Shown here: piece by piece, positions 1 through 9,777 of the stretch
Numbering within the stretch: position 1 is the first letter of the stretch
Layout: every line of letters starts with the position of its first letter
Origin: an uncultured Erysipelotrichaceae bacterium
Lineage (GTDB): Bacteria; Bacillota_I; Bacilli_A; RFN20; CAG-826
Length of the DNA stretch: 64,000 nucleotides
Direction of reading: 5' to 3'
NCBI GenBank assembly: GCA_902763555.1
Contig: CACWSI010000003.1
Location: 181-64,180 of the forward strand
Translations under genes and position numbers: made by a program
The notes under the pieces: generated by a model
What the model was told of the DNA's origin: nothing
Database searches by the model: none
What the model saw: only the letters and a program-made list of their open reading frames with translations

Positions 1-598
1 TGATGCTTTCTTGATGCGCTTTAAGAGCCAATATGACTTCATTATCTTAGATATCAACTTATCCGCAATGAACGGTATTGATGTCGCAAGAAAAATTAGA
101 GAAAAAGATGAAGAAGTCATCATCATGTTCGCCACAAATCTAGCGAAATATGCGACAAATGGCTATGAAGTAGACGCTATCGACTTTGTCTTAAAACCAT
201 TATCATATGCTTCATTCTATTTAAGACTCGAAAGAGTTATGAAAAAGTTAGGCAAAAAGAATGATAACTTTATCGTCGTACCTAATGAAGGTGGCTTTAA
301 TAAAATAGCGACAAACAACATCTTATATGTCGAAGTAATCTCTCATGACATCATCTTCCACTTAAAAGAAGGCGATGAGATTACCACAACCGGCACTTTA
401 AAGAAGTTCGAAGAACAATTAAGAAAACAGTGGTTTATAAGATGTAATTCCTGCTATTTAGTGAACGCGCATAATATTAAGCGCGTAGAAAAACTTGACA
501 TCCAATTAGCAAACGACGAAGTTATTGCTATCTCTCATCCAAAGAAAAAGGGATTTATGGAAAGTTTCAAGAAGTACATTATGGAAGAAGGTAACTAG
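1..598 (+). CDS. LytTR-family response regulator, 5' end truncated by window edge
   Basis: The reading frame is open from the window start (DAFLMRFK...). The partial receiver domain (ILDINLSAMNGIDV...IDFVLKP) is followed by a LytTR DNA-binding domain. TAG stop at 596-598. Confidence 0.8.
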   Translation, partial: DAFLMRFKSQYDFIILDINLSAMNGIDVARKIREKDEEVIIMFATNLAKYATNGYEVDAIDFVLKPLSYASFYLRLERVMKKLGKKNDNFIVVPNEGGFNKIATNNILYVEVISHDIIFHLKEGDEITTTGTLKKFEEQLRKQWFIRCNSCYLVNAHNIKRVEKLDIQLANDEVIAISHPKKKGFMESFKKYIMEEGN

Positions 599-601
599 CA
601 T

Positions 602-1960
602 ATGGATCTTAAGACTTTACTAACAATGTTTATCTCCTTTACAGTCGAAATTCTTGTGGCGTCTGTTCTTTTAATCAAGCATCGACTTACTTTTAGATTT
701 AAACCATATATTTCTATTCCTGTTGGTTTATTAATTGCTTCAAGTGGCGCGGTCGCTAATATCATTGGTTTATATTTCTTTGTGAAACCAGAACAATGGA
801 ATGAATTCCTTAATATTGCCGTTTATACAATTCCAATTTTCACCATTTATGGTGGCTTGTTATTCGCCTATAAGATTAAACCATTAAGTTTGATGTTACT
901 TCTTTCTGTGGCCTATACTTTCCAACATATGGCTTATCAAGTCGGTGTTCTTGTTTTGGATACAGGTTTAAGTGGTAAGATTTTCCAAGCCTTATACAAT
1001 GAATCAGAAGCAATTGAAGTAATTGTTAATAGATTCAATATTATCTATAACTCGATACTTTATACCCTTAAAACAGGTGTATTTGTGGCCTGCTATTTCT
1101 TAATCGCTAGATACTACGTTAAGTATTCAAAATACATCATTAGTAAATTAATAATTATCATTTTGGGTATTGTTGTTTACCTTGTTGTTAACGTCGCTAA
1201 CGTGTATGTTACCCAACATCTAACCTGGGATGCAAAACTAAGAGGTATCCTCGCAGGTACACTTATTATCTTCTGTATCTTATTTGATGTTCTTGTCGTG
1301 GGTGGTTTCCGTGTCGTGGAACATCGTCAAGAAACAATGATTATTAAAGCCACTCTTAATTCTAAAATTAGACAACAAGAGATGATGGAAAATAACATTA
1401 ACTTCATCAACATGAAATGTCATGACTTAAGAAAAGAATTAAGACGATTAAAAGCTAAAAAAGGTGAATTAACCGATGAAGACTTCTGTTTGTTAGAAGA
1501 ATCTCTTAACTTCTACGATAGTTCTGTTAAAACAGGTAACGTTAATATCGATGCTTTGATTCAAGACAAACTTATTTACTGTAATTCTGTTGGTATTGAA
1601 TTCACCTCCCTTGTGGACGGGGATGCCTTTAAGGATATGGCCTCCAGTGATGTTTACTTCTTATTAACCAATATCATTGATAACGCGATTGAAGCCACAG
1701 AAGCTATTGAAGAGAAAGAACATAGAGTTATTTCATTAACTGCTTCTAGAAAGCATGGCATGCTCATGATTGAAGAAACTAACTACTATCGTGGTGAATT
1801 AGTGTTCAATGGTGACGGATCAATAAAAACCACTAAACAAGAGAACAAAAAATACCATGGTTTCGGCACTAAGTCGATTGCCTATATTGTTAAGAAGTAT
1901 AATGGCACGATGGACTATGAAACAAAAGACGGTATCTTTAGATTAAAGATAGCGATGTAA
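602..1960 (+). CDS. Membrane sensor histidine kinase of the GHKL/AgrC-LytS-like class, partner of the LytTR regulator
   Basis: N-terminal polytopic membrane region of about 6 TM helices and a C-terminal HATPase_c_5-like ATPase (NAIEAT...GFGTKSI). Starts 4 nt after the regulator stop, with RBS gaagaagg upstream. Confidence 0.8.
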   Translation: MDLKTLLTMFISFTVEILVASVLLIKHRLTFRFKPYISIPVGLLIASSGAVANIIGLYFFVKPEQWNEFLNIAVYTIPIFTIYGGLLFAYKIKPLSLMLLLSVAYTFQHMAYQVGVLVLDTGLSGKIFQALYNESEAIEVIVNRFNIIYNSILYTLKTGVFVACYFLIARYYVKYSKYIISKLIIIILGIVVYLVVNVANVYVTQHLTWDAKLRGILAGTLIIFCILFDVLVVGGFRVVEHRQETMIIKATLNSKIRQQEMMENNINFINMKCHDLRKELRRLKAKKGELTDEDFCLLEESLNFYDSSVKTGNVNIDALIQDKLIYCNSVGIEFTSLVDGDAFKDMASSDVYFLLTNIIDNAIEATEAIEEKEHRVISLTASRKHGMLMIEETNYYRGELVFNGDGSIKTTKQENKKYHGFGTKSIAYIVKKYNGTMDYETKDGIFRLKIAM

Positions 1961-1973
1961 AACCAATAAAAAA

Positions 1974-2008
1974 GAGCGCGATTAAAAATATGATAATCGT
2001 GCTTTTTT
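1974..2008 (+). terminator. Rho-independent terminator after the kinase gene
   Basis: 9-bp stem AGCGCGATT/AATCGTGCT (one G-U), 11-nt loop, then TTTTTT. Confidence 0.6.
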
Positions 2009-2254
2009 GAAGTGCACAAATATAAGATTACGTATAAATGTTATAAGGTTATGTAATATCTATTTTTTAATATTTTCTTCTTTCTTATAGTAATTACGAA
2101 TTAGGAATACTTTGTCCATTTTTGCCACTTCTTTACGTTTGCGTTGTGCGCATTTATTAACAAGGTTTCCAAACACAAAAAGTATTTGTTAAGCGAGAAT
2201 CATTTTGATCTCCCTTAATGAAGCAACAATGTTTTTTAGGAAAGGAAAAATATA

Positions 2255-4576
2255 ATGAAAACTAAAAAAGCATTACTTCCAGTCTTAGCGAGTGCTTTGT
2301 TACTCACGATGGGTCTTGCCGCATGTAACAATTCCACACCAGCTAGTAATCCAGGTTCCTCATCTGGAGAGGCTGAAGAAGTCAAAATTGAAATCACCTC
2401 TGAAGGTGGTAAAAAAGAAATCCAAGTCGGTGAAACATTACAACTTACCGCGAGTGTTGAAGGCGTTACTTGGTCCACAAAGAGTACAGACATCGTTTCT
2501 GTTTCTGAAACAGGTTTAGTCACCGCTATTAAAGATGGTTCTGCTAGAATCACCGCTAAGAAAGATGGCTACGCTAATGGTTCCTTCACAGTCACAGTCT
2601 TAAAGGCTCCAGATAGAGAACCAAATTATTCTTTACGTTTAGAAGAAGCTGAACACTATGATCCAGATGATTTCTGGGGTATGTCATGGGGCGGCACAGT
2701 TATGGGCCCAGGCGATAGCCCAGTCGAAGACAATGGTGGAAAGACCGATGATGGTACATCCTTAGGCTGGTTGACACAAGGCTGTAAAGAAACAATGACA
2801 TTCACATCCAATAAAGCCGCCAAGGTCGAAATCGGTGTCACAATGGCCTACAACGCTGAAATGAACTTAGATGGTGTTCTTTCTGTTAAATTCAATGGTA
2901 AAGAAATCTCCATGGCGGGCAGATCAGTTCCTGGTCCATCTGATGGTGACACAAATAACTATTATGAATTCAGCACAGTTTCATTCGGTATGGTCGACTT
3001 AGTCGCTGGTAATAACGTTTTAGAAATCGAAATGTTAGCCCAAGGTCCAAATATGGACAAAGTCGTCATCTTCACAACTGAAACATTACAAATTAAATCA
3101 GTTCCTGCTCAAGCGAAACCAAAGATTGAAGTCGTTGAAGCAGCTTTAGAAGTCGTCGTTGATAGCGAAGTTTCTATCCAAGTTAAAGATAACTTAGCCG
3201 GCGTCACATTTACATCCGCTGATGAAACAATCGCTACAGTTTCTACTGCCGGTGTCGTTAAAGGTATCAAAGCTGGTAGAACAACAATCGAATTAACAAA
3301 AGAAGGCTATAAGAAAGCCACAGTTAACGTCACAGTTAAAGCTAAACCAGTTGCCGGTCAAGTTATCCTTGAAGCCGAAGCTGGCGAAATCGTTGGTGGT
3401 AGAGTTGAAAACGATAACAATTCCAGTGGTGGTGCCCGTGTTGGTTATTTAGCCGCTGATACATCCTTAACATTAAAGACCACACTTGAAGAAGCTGGTG
3501 AATATACAGTCTCTATGCTCGCATATTCCAATAACGTTTCTGACTGGTCCACATATCCAAATGTTACTGCTGATGAATTAGATTTATCTTCATGTATGAC
3601 ATTCAAAGTCAACAACGTTGATGTCGCATTAACAGGTAAAGTCCTCCCAGGAGGCCCATGGGGCAACTACGTTGAAGTTAACTTCGGTGATTTCAACCTC
3701 GTTAAAGGTGAAAATACATTCGCATTTGCCTTCACCGCTCAAGGTCCAAATATTGACTACGTTAAATTAGTCGATAAGAACGCTTCTCAAGGTGGTGGCG
3801 AAGTCACACCAGACCCAGTCGTTGAAAAAGTTACTGTTTCCTTCGACGCCAATGGTGGTACAGGCACAATGGCCGCTGTCGAAGTTGAAAAAGGCGAATA
3901 CACCTTACCAGCTTGCAGTTTCACCGCTCCTGGCACAAAAGACTTCGGCGGTTGGGAATACACTGCTAAAACAGAATTCTGGGGCCAAGTCTATGAACAA
4001 CAAAAAGTTGCTCAACCAGGTGACAAAGTTACATTAACTGAAAATATTACATTCAAAGCCGTTTGGAATGTTCATATTGAAAAGACTGCTCAAGCAGACT
4101 TAACAAGCGCCTTCGTTATGGAAGCTGAAGATGCTGTTATCGCTGGTGCTCAAACACAACAAGGTGGTTCCCCAGTTGAAAGTAACGAAAGTTCACATGG
4201 TGGTAAAGATGTCGGTTACATGTCCGCTGGTGCATCCATTACATTCAATTTCAACGCTAGTGCTGCTGGTCAAGTGAAATTAGTCTTAATGGGCCGCTCC
4301 GCTAATGCTGATTGGTCTAACTGGCAAAACCCAACATATTATGATCACGCTTTAGAAGAAACAACTTCCATTAAAGCTAATGATGCTGATGTCGATGTTA
4401 CAGGTAAAGGTTTCTTAGGTTCTGACGCCAAGACATCCGTCCAAGTCGATTTAGGCAATATCGCTGTTAAGGCTGGTGCCAATACAATCGTTATTAGTGC
4501 TTTAAAACAAGCTCCAAATATGGACTGTATCGCACTTATCGCCGATGGCATTACATTCACATTACCACAAGCTTAA
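2255..4576 (+). CDS. Large surface lipoprotein with Big_2 (bacterial Ig-like) domains, repeated carbohydrate-binding-like modules and one Flg_new/InlB-B-type repeat
   Basis: Signal peptide with lipobox LAAC. Two BIG2-like segments (TLQLTASVEGVTW..., VSIQVKDN...). Duplicated module ending in the motif AQGPNxD. VSFDANGGTG motif. RBS aaaggaaaaa upstream. Confidence 0.75.
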   Translation: MKTKKALLPVLASALLLTMGLAACNNSTPASNPGSSSGEAEEVKIEITSEGGKKEIQVGETLQLTASVEGVTWSTKSTDIVSVSETGLVTAIKDGSARITAKKDGYANGSFTVTVLKAPDREPNYSLRLEEAEHYDPDDFWGMSWGGTVMGPGDSPVEDNGGKTDDGTSLGWLTQGCKETMTFTSNKAAKVEIGVTMAYNAEMNLDGVLSVKFNGKEISMAGRSVPGPSDGDTNNYYEFSTVSFGMVDLVAGNNVLEIEMLAQGPNMDKVVIFTTETLQIKSVPAQAKPKIEVVEAALEVVVDSEVSIQVKDNLAGVTFTSADETIATVSTAGVVKGIKAGRTTIELTKEGYKKATVNVTVKAKPVAGQVILEAEAGEIVGGRVENDNNSSGGARVGYLAADTSLTLKTTLEEAGEYTVSMLAYSNNVSDWSTYPNVTADELDLSSCMTFKVNNVDVALTGKVLPGGPWGNYVEVNFGDFNLVKGENTFAFAFTAQGPNIDYVKLVDKNASQGGGEVTPDPVVEKVTVSFDANGGTGTMAAVEVEKGEYTLPACSFTAPGTKDFGGWEYTAKTEFWGQVYEQQKVAQPGDKVTLTENITFKAVWNVHIEKTAQADLTSAFVMEAEDAVIAGAQTQQGGSPVESNESSHGGKDVGYMSAGASITFNFNASAAGQVKLVLMGRSANADWSNWQNPTYYDHALEETTSIKANDADVDVTGKGFLGSDAKTSVQVDLGNIAVKAGANTIVISALKQAPNMDCIALIADGITFTLPQA

Positions 4577-4598
4577 TTACTAAATTAAACGAAAGGAT

Positions 4599-4624
4599 AG
4601 AGGGTTTGGGAAACCAAGCCCTCT
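4599..4624 (+). other. Stable 11-bp hairpin with GAAA tetraloop between two co-directional lipoprotein genes; no T-tract follows
   Basis: AGAGGGTTTGG-GAAA-CCAAGCCCTCT. Followed by aacttaaatt, not a U-run. Confidence 0.4.
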
Positions 4625-4637
4625 AACTTAAATTATT

Positions 4638-6245
4638 ATGAAAAAGAAAATATTACTCCCAATCCTCGCGGCTTCCTTATTAATGTTAGGGGCCTGTAAT
4701 AATGCTCCTGCTCAATCCGGTTCTCAATCATCTGATGAGCCAGCCGTAGAAACCGCTAGAAAAATCTTAAAAGCTTCATTATCAAAAGATACTGTCGAAG
4801 CTGGTATTAAAAGTAAAGTTATCACCGATGTAGAAGGCGTTTCATATCGCAGTGATAACGAAGATGTTGCTAAAGTTGATAAAGATGGCAATATCACCAC
4901 AGATGAGCCAGGTATGGCCCATATTACTGTTAGCAAAGAAGGCTATTTCGATAGAGTCTTAAAACTCTTCGTTGATGAATATGACACACTTGATTACCTT
5001 GTTGAAGGTTTCGAATTTGGTCCAGCGATTGTTGGTGTCAAATTAAACTTTGAAGGCAAAGTTAAAAAGGCTGACTTACAAGGCAAACAATTTGTTGTCA
5101 AAACAAATAGAAGTAATCGTACAGTTAAATCCGTCGATTTATGTGACCAAGAAGGTCAAATTATTGATGCCGAAGAATCCAATTATGTCCGTATTTCACT
5201 AGAAATGCGTTACAGTGGCTGGGGCCCAACTGATGGTGCTTCATGCTTCACCTACGCTAATAGTGTTAATAACTGGACAAATGGTATTACTGTTGAAGCG
5301 CAATTAGCGAGTGGTCAAACACTTAAAGTTGGTGATGATGAATACACAAGTTCATTTAAATTCAACACCATTAGATCAAGAATCGTCTTATCTACAAGAG
5401 ATTGGGGCGAAGCTAAATCACATACCGCTGAAGGATATACCTTAACTTATAAAGATTATCAAACAGATGCTCTTAGAGAAGATGGTGTCTTAAATCCATT
5501 AGTTATTTGGTTACATGGTATGGGTGAAGGCGGCACTGATCCAGATATCGCTTTATTAGGTAACGATGTCACTGCTTTAGGTGAAGAAGAGATTCAGTCT
5601 CACTTCATTAAAGGTAAACAAAAAGGTGCTTATGTGCTTGCCGCTCAAACACCAACATATTGGATGAATAGTGGTACAGGTTCCATTAATGGTGGTGTTG
5701 GTCACTCCATCTACACAAAATCATTAAAATCATTAATCGATAAATACATCGCTGATAATGGCGATATCGATACAAACCGTATTTATGTCGGTGGCTGCTC
5801 TAATGGTGGCTATATGACCATGGAAATGGCCGTTACATATGGTAACTTCTTTAGAGCGTTCTATCCATGTTGCGAAGCTTATAGTGATTCCTTCGTTACA
5901 GAAGAAGATATCCAAAAATTAAAAGACTTACCAATGTGGTTCATTCACGCTGCTAACGATACAACAGTTAATCCAGATAACTTCACCTTAGCGACCTATA
6001 AGAGATTAAAAGACGCTGGTGCAAAAGACGTTCACCTTTCATACTTCGTGGATGTCCGTGGCACAGATGGCAATCCTCAAGGTAACAATTACCAAGGTCA
6101 CTATTCATGGATTTATATCTTCCGTGATGAAGTCGCTTTAGATCAAGCTGACTACAATCACATCGTTGCCCCATCAACCGAAGCAGTTAAAGATGCTCAA
6201 GGTAACACAGTCAACTTATTTGACTGGATGGAAGCAATGAAATAA
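4638..6245 (+). CDS. Lipoprotein with N-terminal Big_2 domain and C-terminal alpha/beta-hydrolase (esterase/depolymerase-like) domain
   Basis: Lipobox LGAC. Nucleophile elbow GGCSNGG (GxSxG). HG...D motifs. RBS absent but close-coupled to the upstream lipoprotein. Confidence 0.7.
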   Translation: MKKKILLPILAASLLMLGACNNAPAQSGSQSSDEPAVETARKILKASLSKDTVEAGIKSKVITDVEGVSYRSDNEDVAKVDKDGNITTDEPGMAHITVSKEGYFDRVLKLFVDEYDTLDYLVEGFEFGPAIVGVKLNFEGKVKKADLQGKQFVVKTNRSNRTVKSVDLCDQEGQIIDAEESNYVRISLEMRYSGWGPTDGASCFTYANSVNNWTNGITVEAQLASGQTLKVGDDEYTSSFKFNTIRSRIVLSTRDWGEAKSHTAEGYTLTYKDYQTDALREDGVLNPLVIWLHGMGEGGTDPDIALLGNDVTALGEEEIQSHFIKGKQKGAYVLAAQTPTYWMNSGTGSINGGVGHSIYTKSLKSLIDKYIADNGDIDTNRIYVGGCSNGGYMTMEMAVTYGNFFRAFYPCCEAYSDSFVTEEDIQKLKDLPMWFIHAANDTTVNPDNFTLATYKRLKDAGAKDVHLSYFVDVRGTDGNPQGNNYQGHYSWIYIFRDEVALDQADYNHIVAPSTEAVKDAQGNTVNLFDWMEAMK

Positions 6246-6292
6246 AAAATGTGTGGAATTAGAGACTTAATTTCATAAATCCTTTCTCAGGG

Positions 6293-6323
6293 GAGGCGCT
6301 TAGTTCATGGGCGCCTCTTTCTT
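6293..6323 (+). terminator. Rho-independent terminator
   Basis: GAGGCGC-loop-GCGCCTC followed by TTTCTT. Confidence 0.55.
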
Positions 6324-6447
6324 AAGAAAAAATTTACGAAAACAATGCAATAGTTTACGTAAGTTAAATTGACTATTATTAACAATATGTTAATCTAATA
6401 GTGCAATTAAAAAATATTTGATAATACCTCAAATAAGGAGATTTTTT

Positions 6448-8916
6448 ATGGCAAGAAAATATCAAGAAATCCTTGATAAATTAACCTTGAAAGAAAAGGC
6501 TAGTTTAATCAGTGGTAAAGACTTCTGGCAAACAGTCAATATTGATAGAGTTGGTATCCCAAGCGCTTTCCTTAGCGATGGCCCTCACGGGGTGAGAAGA
6601 CAAGCCGCTGCGGCGGACCATTTAGGTTTAAATGCTTCTATTCCAGCGACAAGTTATCCAACCGCTGCTACAATGGCGAATTCCTGGGACCCAGAATTAG
6701 GTGAAGAATTAGGCCAAAGATTAGGTCAAGAAGCTGCTGTTCAAAAAGTTAATATTCTTTTAGGCCCAGGCCTTAATATGAAAAGAAGCCCATTATGTGG
6801 CCGTAACTTTGAATATTTCTCTGAAGATCCATATTTAGCGGGTAAAATGGCCGCTGGTTATGTAAGAGGTATTCAATCTAATGGTATTTCCGCTTGTATT
6901 AAACACTTTGCCTGTAATAACCAAGAAGAAAACAGAATGACTCTTGATAGTATCGTTGATGAAAGAACATTTAGAGAAATCTATTTAACCGCTTTCGAAA
7001 TTGCCGTTAAAGAAGGTAAGACCAAGAGCATCATGTCATCCTATAACTTAATTAACGGTAAGTTTGCTAATGAAAACGAACACTTACTAGTGGACATTCT
7101 CCGTAAAGAATGGGGCTATGATGGCTTAGTGGTCACTGACTGGGGTGGTAACAACGATGGTGTTGCATCTTTAAGATGTGGTAACCAATTAGAAATGCCT
7201 GGTACTCCAGATAGACCAGAAGAAGTCATTAAAGCCATCGAAAATGGTGAATTAGAAGAATCTGTTTTAGATGATTGCGTTGATAAATTATTAGAAACAG
7301 TGTTTGACACTATGGAAAATGGTGTTAATAAAGCTCCTGAAAAATTTGATGTTGAAGAACACCATGCTGCCGCACAAAGATTCGCGGAAGAAAGTGCCGT
7401 TCTCTTAAAGAACAATGGTGTCCTCCCATTAGAGAAAGATAAGAAAGTCGCCTTTATTGGTGATTTCATGTACTTACCAAGATATCAAGGTGCTGGTTCC
7501 TCTATTGTTAATCCAACTAAATTAGATAACACAATTAATTTATTACCAAATTCTGGCTTTGAAATCGTTGGCACTGCGAAGGGCTTCGATAGATACGGTA
7601 AGAAAAAGAAGAAATTACGTAACGAAGCCATTGAACTCGCTAAGAAGGCTGATGTTGTGGTCATGTATCTTGGTTTAGATGAAGTGACTGAAGCTGAAGG
7701 CTTAGATAGACAAAATCTACACTTAGAAAACAATCAATTAGAATTAGTCCAAGATATTAAGGCTTTAGATAAAGAAATCGTTGTTGTCTTATCGTGTGGT
7801 AGTGCAGTTGAAATGCCATTTATCGATGACGTATCCGCTGTTTTACATTGTTACCTTAACGGACAAGCTGGCGCACAAGCAGCCTTAAATATTCTTTCTG
7901 GTAAAGTTAATCCTTCTGGTAAATTATCCGAAACCATCCCATTAGCGTTAGAGGATGTTGCTAGTAGTGATAACTTCCCAAGCCATACAAGAACAATCGA
8001 ATATCGTGAAGCATATGGTATTGGTTATAGATATTTTGATATCTCACAAACACCAGTTAGATTCCCATTCGGTTTCGGCTTAAGCTACACAACATTTGAA
8101 TATAAGAATCTTGTTGTTGATAATAGTGGTGTTAAATTTGAAATCACAAATACCGGTAATGTGGATGGCAAAGAAATCGCTCAATTATATGTTGGCTTAA
8201 AAGGTAGCGCTATTATTAGACCTACTAAAGAATTAAAAGGCTTTGTTAAAGTCTTCTTAAAAGCGGGTGAAACTAAGAAAGTTAGTATCCCATTCGATGA
8301 TAAGACATTTAGATATTTCAATACCGCGACAAATAAGTGGGAAATTGAAAACGGCGTCTATGACTTATATGTTGCCGCTTCTATCGATGATGTCCGTTTA
8401 GTGGGCTCAATTAATCAAATCGGTACCACAAATACAATGCCATATAACAAAGAAGATTTACCACATTACTTTGAAGGTAAATTAAGAGATATCCCAGATG
8501 AAGAATTCAAAACCTTATTAGGTCATGATATTCCTAACGGCGCTCTTCCTTTCTATAAGAAAAATAGAATGGTTGTCGACTATAACACTACATTCAGCGA
8601 ATTACGTTATTCTAAACGCTGGATTGGCCGTTTAGTTGGTAAAGCTATTCCTTGGTTCACAAGAGTGCTCCGTAAGATGGGTAATCGTGTCTTAGCGAAT
8701 ACTCTTGTCATGGGCGTTGTCCATCAACCAATGAGAGGCATGTCTAGATTCTCTGGTGGTGGTCTTCGTATGAGTCAATTAGATGGCTTAATCATGATCT
8801 TCAATGGTCATTTCTGGAAAGGCTTACATCACTTCAATAAAGAAGGCCGTAAATACAAGAAGCTTGCCAAAGCGGAAAAGAAAGCCCAAAAAGAAGCTGA
8901 ACAACAAAAACAATAA
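6448..8916 (+). CDS. bglX: Glycoside hydrolase family 3 beta-glucosidase (BglX-like) with a lysine-rich C-terminal tail
   Basis: GH3 N- and C-terminal domains (SDGPHGVR, KHFACNNQE, VVTDWGG...) and a fibronectin-III-like domain. ATG at 6448 with RBS aaggag 8 nt upstream. The ORF-track start at 6418 is an alternative-start extension. Confidence 0.85.
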   Translation: MARKYQEILDKLTLKEKASLISGKDFWQTVNIDRVGIPSAFLSDGPHGVRRQAAAADHLGLNASIPATSYPTAATMANSWDPELGEELGQRLGQEAAVQKVNILLGPGLNMKRSPLCGRNFEYFSEDPYLAGKMAAGYVRGIQSNGISACIKHFACNNQEENRMTLDSIVDERTFREIYLTAFEIAVKEGKTKSIMSSYNLINGKFANENEHLLVDILRKEWGYDGLVVTDWGGNNDGVASLRCGNQLEMPGTPDRPEEVIKAIENGELEESVLDDCVDKLLETVFDTMENGVNKAPEKFDVEEHHAAAQRFAEESAVLLKNNGVLPLEKDKKVAFIGDFMYLPRYQGAGSSIVNPTKLDNTINLLPNSGFEIVGTAKGFDRYGKKKKKLRNEAIELAKKADVVVMYLGLDEVTEAEGLDRQNLHLENNQLELVQDIKALDKEIVVVLSCGSAVEMPFIDDVSAVLHCYLNGQAGAQAALNILSGKVNPSGKLSETIPLALEDVASSDNFPSHTRTIEYREAYGIGYRYFDISQTPVRFPFGFGLSYTTFEYKNLVVDNSGVKFEITNTGNVDGKEIAQLYVGLKGSAIIRPTKELKGFVKVFLKAGETKKVSIPFDDKTFRYFNTATNKWEIENGVYDLYVAASIDDVRLVGSINQIGTTNTMPYNKEDLPHYFEGKLRDIPDEEFKTLLGHDIPNGALPFYKKNRMVVDYNTTFSELRYSKRWIGRLVGKAIPWFTRVLRKMGNRVLANTLVMGVVHQPMRGMSRFSGGGLRMSQLDGLIMIFNGHFWKGLHHFNKEGRKYKKLAKAEKKAQKEAEQQKQ

Positions 8917-8921
8917 ATTAG

Positions 8922-8950
8922 AAGAGTCGCGAATTTGCGACTCTTTTATA
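8922..8950. terminator. Bidirectional rho-independent terminator between convergent genes
   Basis: AGAGTCGC-gaattt-GCGACTCT flanked by A/T runs. Overlaps the stop of the minus-strand nitroreductase gene. Confidence 0.6.
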
Positions 8951-9689
8951 TTTTATAAACCGCGACTAAGGTCTTCTCGATTTCAGCGGTGCTTTCGTCG
9001 TTCATCAATGTTCTTTCAAACACGATGTTTTTATTAGTTAAGCAGGTTTCTAATATGAATAAGAAGATTCCAATATCGATGCGATTATAATACATCACCT
9101 GATTGATAGGCATAATGCCTCTTTTGCCGGGCTTCTTATAACGATAGATAAATAATTCATTATTCTTATTTTCGACGTACCATGGCTGCGTATTACAGGC
9201 ACTTGGGGCAAATCTAACTATGTTAGAAACATCATCAATGCTTTCACCAGACCAAATTTCCTCTAATAACTTTCTTTTTGACTTAAACATATCTTTTCTA
9301 AAGTTATTAACGGGCATGCGTTTAAAGGCAAGCATGATGACATATTCTAAGCCATTGTTTCTTACTTCTTTTGGTTTACCAATACCAAACCATAAAGCGC
9401 CCAAGCCGATAGAATTAAGATATAAATCAATTTGTTCACCAATATAGCCAATATTTCTTAAATATTCGCCTTTAGTCTCACTATAAAATAGGACACAGTA
9501 GTCCGCGCCTCTATGGCATGTGGTTTCTTTTTCTGGCACAACGATGATTTCAGTCTTGATATCATCATAAAGAGGCTTAACTTCTTTGATAAAGTTATTA
9601 ACTAGTTTTAAATCTTCTTCAGTAGTGGGTTCTCCCCCAATGAAGAAGTGGAATGATTTTCGTTTAAATATTGCTTCGTAGTAATTCAT
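8946..9689 (-). CDS. Nitroreductase-family protein
   Basis: Protein features: RKS..F and ...APSACNTQPW... motifs. ~246 aa. Confidence 0.65.
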   Translation of the reverse strand: MNYYEAIFKRKSFHFFIGGEPTTEEDLKLVNNFIKEVKPLYDDIKTEIIVVPEKETTCHRGADYCVLFYSETKGEYLRNIGYIGEQIDLYLNSIGLGALWFGIGKPKEVRNNGLEYVIMLAFKRMPVNNFRKDMFKSKRKLLEEIWSGESIDDVSNIVRFAPSACNTQPWYVENKNNELFIYRYKKPGKRGIMPINQVMYYNRIDIGIFLFILETCLTNKNIVFERTLMNDESTAEIEKTLVAVYKI

Positions 9690-9736
9690 GTTAACTATGT
9701 TAATTAAATAAATTTTAAATGTAAAGCAAAGAAAAA

Positions 9737-9765
9737 CGCTCCCATTACTGAGAGCGTCATTCTAT
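9737..9765 (-). terminator. Rho-independent terminator of ppdK (minus strand)
   Basis: Reverse complement gives ACGCTC...GAGCGT followed by a T-run. Confidence 0.5.
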
Positions 9766-9777
9766 ATTCCTAAGAAC

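Noticed and set aside
2020-2254. LytTR-type 9-bp direct repeats downstream of the two-component system
   Set aside because: Only loose ATTACG repeats about 64 bp apart were seen, not the 12-bp-spaced direct repeats typical of LytTR operators.
2236-2553. Minus-strand 105-aa ORF and several other 60-120-aa ORFs embedded antisense within the large lipoprotein, ppdK, typA, secA, dnaX and other genes
   Set aside because: They lie entirely inside long, well-supported CDSs on the opposite strand or in another frame. They lack RBSs and have low-complexity composition. They are typical shadow ORFs.
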